Shown here piece after piece: positions 56,909 to 64,000 of a DNA stretch of 64,000 nt; position 1 is the first letter of the stretch; each line of letters starts with the position of its first letter. A program made the translations under genes and the position numbers. Under the pieces are notes generated by a model that was not told where the DNA came from, made no database searches, and saw nothing but the letters and a program-made list of their open reading frames with translations. Source of the stretch: Takakia lepidozioides (lineage: Eukaryota; Plantae; Bryophyta); contig CM060731.1 in NCBI GenBank assembly GCA_030704615.1, positions 2,790,001 through 2,854,000 on the forward strand. Reading direction: 5' to 3'.

Positions 56909-59211
56909 ATGGCCGCTCAGCTGCAACTCGTGTTTTCCCAAAACAGCCCAAGATCGCCAGCCTTCAGACAAAAGGGCATCGAGGAGGTCCTTTGGAATGA
57001 CAGTTCGCGGAACCCTGCTTGGGTGAAAACAGAACCATCTGTCATAATACCAGGCCCAGCACATGGTGATATTTCTTCTGTTCCTGCACAAGCTCCAGGC
57101 CGAGACTGCAACAGGTACGTTTTGATGGTCACTGAACTGTTTGAATTCGAATAGATAATCAGGTCTCAATATATCTGACTGCAGTAGGGCTGTAGACGTT
57201 AGAATTTGTCAAGATCCTTCTTTGAAATGTTTGAAAATCCAGGGTATATTATGTTTAGTTAGTGTAAAGGTTATGCATTGCAATTAAGACTAAAGAGTCG
57301 TGCAGGATGGCAGGGTTGAATCAGGCACAGTTGTCCATTGGACTTCAGAGCGGTGGCAGGGGTAGAACCTCGTCCATGGCCACTGTTGTTGAAACAAGAC
57401 CAAGAGAGGGGGTCAACAAAAATTCTTCTGGCACTTGTGGGTATGTGAGGACACTGTGTAAGGCAGGACGACTTAAAGATGCTCTGCATATTTTGAACCA
57501 ACAAGGCATTCGGCCAGACTCCAGTACTTATGTCTGTCTCTTGCAGGAGTGCATCAAGATAAAAGATCTAGCAGAGGGAAAGCAGATCCACGCCCACATC
57601 ATTCAAAGTGGATTCAAGCCAACCCTCTTTCTACTCAACAAACTTGTCAATATGTATGCAGAGTGTGGGAGTGTGGTGGATGCTCGCCAAGTGTTTGACA
57701 GAATGCCTGAGCGAGATATGTTCACGTGGACTATAATGATAGCAGGATATACCAAGCATGGGTATGGTACAGAGGCTGTCGAGATCTATGGACAAATGCA
57801 AAGTCAAGGGGTGGACCCTGATAGGGTAACATTCACTTGCGTTCTCAATGCATGTGCCAGCCTACAAGTCCTTGAAAAGGGCAAGCGGGTCCATGCTGAC
57901 CTCAGTAAAAGTGGAATTACGCCGGATATCATTCTGGAGAGTACTCTGGTCGACATGTATGCCAAATGTAGGAGCATGAAAGATGCGCGTCAAGTGTTTG
58001 ACAATATGGCTAAACGAAATGTGGTCTCCTGGAGTGTGATGATTGCAGGATACTCTCAGCACGGGTATAGTAGAGAGTCTCTAGAAATGTATGAGCAAAT
58101 GCAACGGGAAGGGGTGATGCCTGATTGGGTGACGTTCATTTGTGTTCTCAATGCTTGTGTGAACCTAGGAGCCCTGGAGAAGGGAAAAAGGGTCCATAAC
58201 GACATTATCAAAGCCGGGATTGTGTCACACATCAATTTGGAGAATACCCTTGTCCACATGTATGCCAAATGCGGGAGCATGAAGGATGCCTGTCGAGTGT
58301 TTGACAATATGACTCAGCGAGATGTGGTCTCATGGAATGCCATAATTGCAGGATATGCCCAGCATATGTGTGATAAGGAGGCTCTTGAGAACTATGAGCA
58401 AATGCAAAGGGACGGAGTGAGTCCTGACACAGTCACATTTACTTGTGTTATCAACATATGTGCCAGCTTAGGAGCCCTGGACAAAGGGAAAATGGTCCAT
58501 AATGACATCCGCAGAAGTGGAATTGCACCAGATGTCATTCTAGGTAATAGTCTTGTTGACATGTATGCGAAGTGTGGGAGCGTGAATGATGCACATCAGG
58601 TGTTCAACAGTATGGCTAAGCGAGATGCTGTCTCTTGGAGTGCAATGATTGCAGGATGTGCTCAGCATGGGGGTGGTAAGGAGGCTCTCCAACTATTTGA
58701 ACAAATGCAACAGGAAGGCTTGCATCCAAATGGTATTACCTTTGTATCTCTTCTGTCTGCATGTAGCCATGTGGGCCTAGTGGATGAAGGCCGTCACTAC
58801 TTTGATTGCATGACTCAATATTATGGCCTCGCTCCTACAGCCAAGCATTATGGCTGCATGGTGGACCTTCTTGGCCGTGCAGGGCAGTTGGATGAGGCAG
58901 AGGACTTCATTAAGACAACGGCAACCACACCAGATATGGAGGTGTGGAGGGTCTTGCTTGGTGCCTGCGGAATACATGGTGATGTGGAGGTAGCAGAACG
59001 TGCAGCAAAGAGCATTCTAAAGAGTAATCCACAGCACACTGGAGCTTATGTGCTACCATTGAACATCTATGCTGCTGCTGGCAGGTTGGAGGACAAAGCA
59101 AAGGTCAGAAAAATGATGGAGGATACAGGTGCCAGAAAGGAGCAAGAGCGCAGCTGCATTGAGGTGGATAACCAGGTGCATATGTTCGTTGAAGACAAAG
59201 TGCACCCATAA
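56909..59211 (+). CDS. PLS-class pentatricopeptide repeat protein (organellar RNA-editing factor type), ending after E/E+ because of a premature stop before the DYW domain
   Basis: Probable first exon 56909-57114 (MAAQLQLVFSQNSPRSP, transit-peptide-like) splices in frame via GT..AG to 57306. P-L-S triplets recur at an exact 303-nt period (DARQVFDRM, DARQVFDNM, DACRVFDNM, DAHQVFNSM), then HYGCMVDLLGRAG, VWRVLLGACGIHG, SCIEVDNQVHMF..HP and TAA. Confidence 0.88.
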
Positions 59212-59547
59212 TTTAAGGAAATCCTTGCTGAACTGAGGAGACTGTCTTGGGAGATGGAGTGGGCAGGGTATGTCACTGACAAACAGCTTGTATTGCATGA
59301 TGTGGAGGAGGAGCAAATGGAATTTTTCCTTTGCCACCCCAGCAAGAAGCTGGCCGTTTCTTTTGGGTTCATCAGCACTCCTGCTGGGACACCCATTCGT
59401 GTCATGAAGAACCTTCGGATGTGTGGAGATGGTTATGCCGCCATTAACTTTATTTCAAAGGTTGTTGGACGAACAGTTGTTGTATGTGATGCTGACCGCT
59501 TTCTTCACTTCCAAAATGGGTTTTGTTCTTGCAGGGATTATTGTTGA
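59212..59547 (+). pseudogene. Degenerate DYW cytidine-deaminase domain, in frame after the TAA
   Basis: GYVTD..VLHDVEEE..LCHPSKKLAV..PIRVMKNLRMCGDGY..DADRFLHFQNGFCSCRDYC. HxE has become PSK, CxxC has become CGDG, DYW has become DYC. Confidence 0.85.
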
Positions 59548-60267
59548 AACAAGTGACTTGCGTGAAAGAAAGTGTACAGATTCGAATGTGACAAGTCTCA
59601 TTCTTCCTGACGTAATGGAATAAATAACATTCAAAATTTGTATGACAGTCTTGCTCTACCTGGATTAGCTTGAAGAGGGGCGTGCTAGTCTCAAAGTTCT
59701 CTGTTCTTGTTCTTTGTCCAACGTTAGGAGTGTGTATTTGTTGTACAAGGGTAGTCAGGATATGCACCATCCCTTGCTCCTCCTTCTGGTTTGTCACTTG
59801 AATTACAGGGGGAGTATCAGGCAGTTTTTCTTTGTTGCGTTTGACCCAGATATGGAGAAGAGAGGGATGAATGCAATTGTATGGAAGCACAATTGAAGCT
59901 TGAGCTGGAGGACTTGCACAAGAACATTGCTAATCTGCAGAAGGGAAAGCCTGCGGAACACCGCCCGCCGTAAATCTTACTTCTATGCTCTCCTCTACAC
60001 ATGGCCTCACATATCAGCCATTCCAACACCCACTCGCCTCCCTCCCCATTGGGCGCTCCATTGCTCTCCCTTTCCTTGACCTTCAGATTAACCTTGCCAG
60101 AATTTGTGACCCTTATATTTATTCTAGCGTAACATAGGGCCCACTCCTGAAAAGGGGCAGTAGCCACAAGGCGAAGTGGCTCTTAGTTACGCTGGCCACG
60201 GCCAGCGTCTTCTCTCTTATTCTAACGCAATCTAGTTTAGCGTAGAGCAGGAATAGGGTGTCATAGT

Positions 60268-60351
60268 GCCACGTCATCATCACCACGTCATCGTAGCCAT
60301 GTCACCACAGCCACGTCATCATAGCCATGTCATCTTCGCCACGTCATCGTC
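60268..60351. repeat. Six 14-bp tandem repeats containing CCA(C/T)GTCA
   Basis: Units start at 60268, 60282, 60296, 60310, 60324 and 60338. Confidence 0.9.
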
Positions 60352-62131
60352 GTCAAATATTTTGGAATCTGCCCGGACTACCCGAAAATAACCGGGAGAG
60401 GTTGCAGCGCGGGGAGAAGGGCTGATGTCGTCCCCGCGTGCTTGAGCGCGGAGGGTCAATCTCTGCCTGCTCAGCTGCACCGTGGTGGTTCTCACAGACC
60501 AATCCGACATTACCAGACACAAGCAGCACACACTAGAGGTCCTTTTGGGTTGATGGTCGGTCAAATCCTCCATGGGTCATGACACAATGTCAAGGACAAT
60601 GTGGTGAGGCACAACCCTTGGAGATCAAACGCCAGCCCAGGCTGAATGCATCAACTGTGGCAAATATCTCTCTGCAAAGGATGTAGTCGATGGCACACCT
60701 AATCTCAACCTTGCTTTTGTGGCCCATCTTTTCCATACCAGGTACCATGTGCTTCGAAGCACTGAAGGGCACTCAGAATGTAAGAGGTGAAGTCTACACT
60801 AGGAGCGAACTTGTGTTTCCTCCTTAGTATATTTTTCCTTATTTTGAGTGTGGAAATCTCATGCGGAACATTCTTTTGTTATCATAGGGCCTTCGGGATT
60901 CGAGTGGACTTAATATTTCTTCTATTCTCTCCTTTTTCCATAGTCAGGAAGCACCCCAAAACAAACTGTATCAACCAAAAGACTGGATCATAACCTAAGC
61001 CAAGAAATGGCAACCCAGACAGGGTTACCAATCTAAGAAGCACACCAACTGCCCTGTAACCAGGGGGGAGCTGTAAGCGTGATGGCTTTTGAAGTCAAGT
61101 ATTCAGGAGGCAGAAACCAGCACCTAGTCTGAAACGAGCGCTCTTCCCTTGTCACTTGTTCATCGTCTTCCATCAATTCGGCATATGTGACTTTCCCGTT
61201 GTCCACTGAGAGCCCATTCCTGGAGACCGCCCCAAGTACCCCCATTATAAATTGCTGCACTTGGCAAAACACAAATAAGGGAAGACCAGGCACCCACACA
61301 ACTCTTGGCAGTGTAGACCTGGCACAAACTTGTCCCAAAAAACTTCTTGGGAAGACAAGATGGGAGGAAGGAGTTGCTACAGAGCAACCAAAGTAGATGC
61401 AGCATATTTCCTCTCAGACAGACAGGCAGACATGTTCTAGTGCACAAACAGAACAAAAGTAGAGACAGTTTTCAGAAGGAAAGAGCAAAGGACCCTAAGA
61501 ACTTAACTATGCAGGAAAAAGGAACATAATCCAGCACAGGAAACCGATTTCTAACATTCGCTGAGAACCCTTCTTGCATAAGTGATACAGGGTATGAAAT
61601 CTACCAAGCCCAAGGACATTCCGATGTGAACTGGTTCAAAAACAAGAACCTGCTGGCGGGCAGCACCAGTCAAGGAGATGTACACATTGAGGTTTGCTTG
61701 AGCCTTGTAACCATCCGTTTAGGGGAGTGTGTCAGAAGGAAGTAGAGGGTGTGTCCTCTTGCCCCAACCACTGTCACTCGGTATATTATCTTCCAGAACT
61801 TTATCCTTTATCCTGTTACGTTGACACATTCTTTTTCTGGATACTTATGGATCTCATGCTTCCTACTGCTATTCTGTTGCTAGCTGGCAATGCAGGCTTT
61901 ATGATTTAGCTTTGACAGGCTTGTAGGTGTCATCGCCCTGACGCCAGCCCAGGCACTGTCTGGGCAGTGAGAGTCATGTCAATTCTCTCTTTGATGATGT
62001 CCAAGATGGGTGCGTGCCCGGTTTCTTGCCCATACCCACACGTGGGTCTACCTTGTTGTGGATTTGAACTTTACTGATGCACCTTAACACATTTAGCAGG
62101 TTTGATTGTGTATTTCCATCTTTTTGATACC

Positions 62132-62515
62132 ACTTTTGGAATAATGCAGAGGGAAGGCTTCAAGTTGGACAGCATCACCTTTATATGTGTTCTCTCTGCA
62201 TGCAGCCACACTGGCCTACTGGATGAAGAAAGACGCAACTGGGATTCCCTGAGTCAAGATCATGGTGTCACTAGTGCACTTTGGCTGCACGGTGGACCTT
62301 CTTGGACGTGCGGGACAACTGGATGAGCAGTGGACCTGATTAATAAAATGCCATCAATCCAGATGCTGTGGTGTGGAAGGCCTTGCTTGGTGCATGCAGA
62401 ATCCATGGCAATGTGGAGATGGCTGAACGTGCGGCAACATCTAGCCTCACGTCCGATGAACAGGATGCCGCGACTTATGTGTTGCTATCAAATATCTATG
62501 CTGCAGCTGCCAGGT
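62132..62515 (+). pseudogene. Frameshifted PLS-PPR fragment (L2-S2-E1-E2 region)
   Basis: MQREGFKLDSITFICVLSACSHTGLLDE / GCTVDLLGRAGQLDEAVDLINKMP / VWKALLGACRIHGNVEMAERAA..YVLLSNIYAAA spread over shifting frames. Confidence 0.85.
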
Positions 62516-62829
62516 GCCAGGTGGGATCCATCTGAGCAGCAGAATGTTCTCCCTGCATTTTCCCAGCGCCTAACAACAAGATGTATGTCTCACATGAGCT
62601 TGTGCTTCCTTGTACAACAATTTGACACTTAGAATAGTTTATATAGCTACCGGGACATTAAATTAAGAATCCAAACTTTTGAAATCTACACCAATTGCCC
62701 ATAAACAAATGATCAAAGGGGTTAGAAAGGAGCCATGTCGCAGCTGTATTGAGGTATTTTTATCAAGACAATCATTTTTTATCAAGATAATAAAGCTAAA
62801 TGTTGAGAAACTAAAGGATGGCCAACAGT

Positions 62830-62960
62830 CAGCACTTAAGTTGGTTAGTAAACTGAGCGCCACCCAGATGATAGCAAGGGGCCTGATTTTGTGAGGGACA
62901 GGCCTGATTTGTGAGCTGTCGCTCACAGGTGTTTCCCTTTAAAAAAAATTAAAAAAAAAA
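62830..62960 (+). mobile_element. Degenerate SINE-related 3' end
   Basis: ggcctgatttgtgagctgtcgctcacaggtgtttccc plus an A-rich tail resembles the SINE tail at ~63383-63437; the ggcctgattt(t)gtgag motif is duplicated. Confidence 0.55.
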
Positions 62961-63206
62961 TGATGAGCAACGGATAAACAACCGGATTTCGGTCCAGATG
63001 AAACAAATGCTTAACGAAGGGGAAAATACGGGTTCACCTCTACCTCACTTCCAGGGCATAGATAGAGGTAGCTACACACATCAAACAATGGAATTTGGAA
63101 ACCACCTTATTTTGTGAAAATTGAACGTAGTTCTCAGAATTCGTAGCTAGTAGTGCGGAGCAACGCGAAGCCCTAGTTTGTTCCTTCAATACCATAGAAA
63201 AACAGC

Positions 63207-63437
63207 ACATTGGCTGGTAGCTCAGCTGGTAAATGCACAGTGTGTCGCCCTGGTGGTTCGGGGTTCAAACCGGCTGCTGTGCCCCTGTGTGGGATTGTTC
63301 ATGTCGGTATGTGTGGGCGTTGATCGTCCTGTAGGTCTCATGGCCCATAAATGAAAGGGGGTTAATTCTCCCCCCTCCTCAAGGGCCTGAATTGTGGGCT
63401 GTTGCTCCCAGGTTTCCTTTTCTTTATAAAAAAAAAG
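63207..63437 (+). mobile_element. Intact tRNA-derived SINE, ~230 bp
   Basis: A box TAGCTCAGCTGG, B box GGTTCAAACC, a non-tRNA body and an A10 tail; a second copy lies at 38380-39752 (-). Confidence 0.85.
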
Positions 63438-64000
63438 AAAAGAGCTAGGCGGAAAGATCTCAGATCTTCTAATTTTTCATTTCCTTTGCCAGCCATGCAA
63501 CGGAGATATGTATATAATTATGTGTTCATTATTACAAGAGGAAGAGGCTCTTATTTGCGCTAGCTCCATTCCCAATTCAACTCCCATCCTATGTCTCTCT
63601 TCTCTCTCTCTCTCTCAAGGAAGGGCATCAGTTCGCAGTTCAAAGAGTTGCTTTTCATAAAAATATCAAGTGGTGTGGGTGGCATTGACAGCTTGCATGG
63701 CCTCATGTATTCGACTTGAATTGGGGTGTCTTCTTTATTGCACAACCAGGTCAGACGTAGATAAAATTTCACCTACTTTCCTTCTCGCTGATGATTTATG
63801 CTAAAGACAGTTCTTTTCTAGCATTTGATCAGCTATTTTGGATCATCAGTAGATTTAACCAAACATCTCAGGGAGTTGGTGGAGGGTTTGGAGAGAATTG
63901 ATTGCATGTGCCCATCATCATTCAGAGGATCTGTGAGAGAGAATGGAGTGAAATTTACAGATTCCAATTTTTCTCCCCTTCATGATATCAATCTACAAAC

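Noticed and set aside
59209-59211. TAA repaired to CAA by U-to-C RNA editing, as in hornwort and fern organelles
   Set aside because: This is a nuclear gene, where such editing is not established, and the downstream deaminase lacks its HxE and CxxC residues anyway. It also lacks the KPAxA signature of proposed U-to-C DYW:KP factors.
63150-63177. Helitron 3' end (GCGGAGCAACGCGAAGCCCTAG|T)
   Set aside because: CTAG|T is present but the hairpin pairing is too weak and no 5' end can be identified.
63211-63285. tRNA gene (also 39680-39750 on the minus strand)
   Set aside because: A and B boxes are present but there is no convincing acceptor stem, and the sequence continues into a shared non-tRNA body and A-tail, so it is a SINE.

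Overview
Intron-rich nuclear DNA from a land plant; gene content and a DYW-type PLS-PPR suggest a seed-free or bryophyte-grade lineage (inference). Seven spliced genes can be built by hand: an LRR receptor-like kinase (-, running off the window start), a GH9 endoglucanase (-), ATG3 (-), an EEF1AKMT1/Efm5-like methyltransferase (+), a type-A response regulator (-), a large RRM+SPOC protein (-) and a PLS-PPR editing factor (+) whose DYW domain is cut off by an in-frame TAA and has lost its catalytic residues. A second PPR pseudogene fragment lies downstream. Introns and intergenic DNA hold a varied mobilome: a TTAA-flanked piggyBac-like MITE, hAT-type MITEs with 8-bp TSDs, a tRNA-derived SINE split by a hAT element, RTE/RTEX-like LINE remnants (one 5'-inverted), a CRE/RLE-type LINE, fold-back or Helitron-like ends, and a candidate minimal hammerhead ribozyme with a U3-A8 core. 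All calls come from reading the sequence by eye; no database searches were run, and exon boundaries are approximate.
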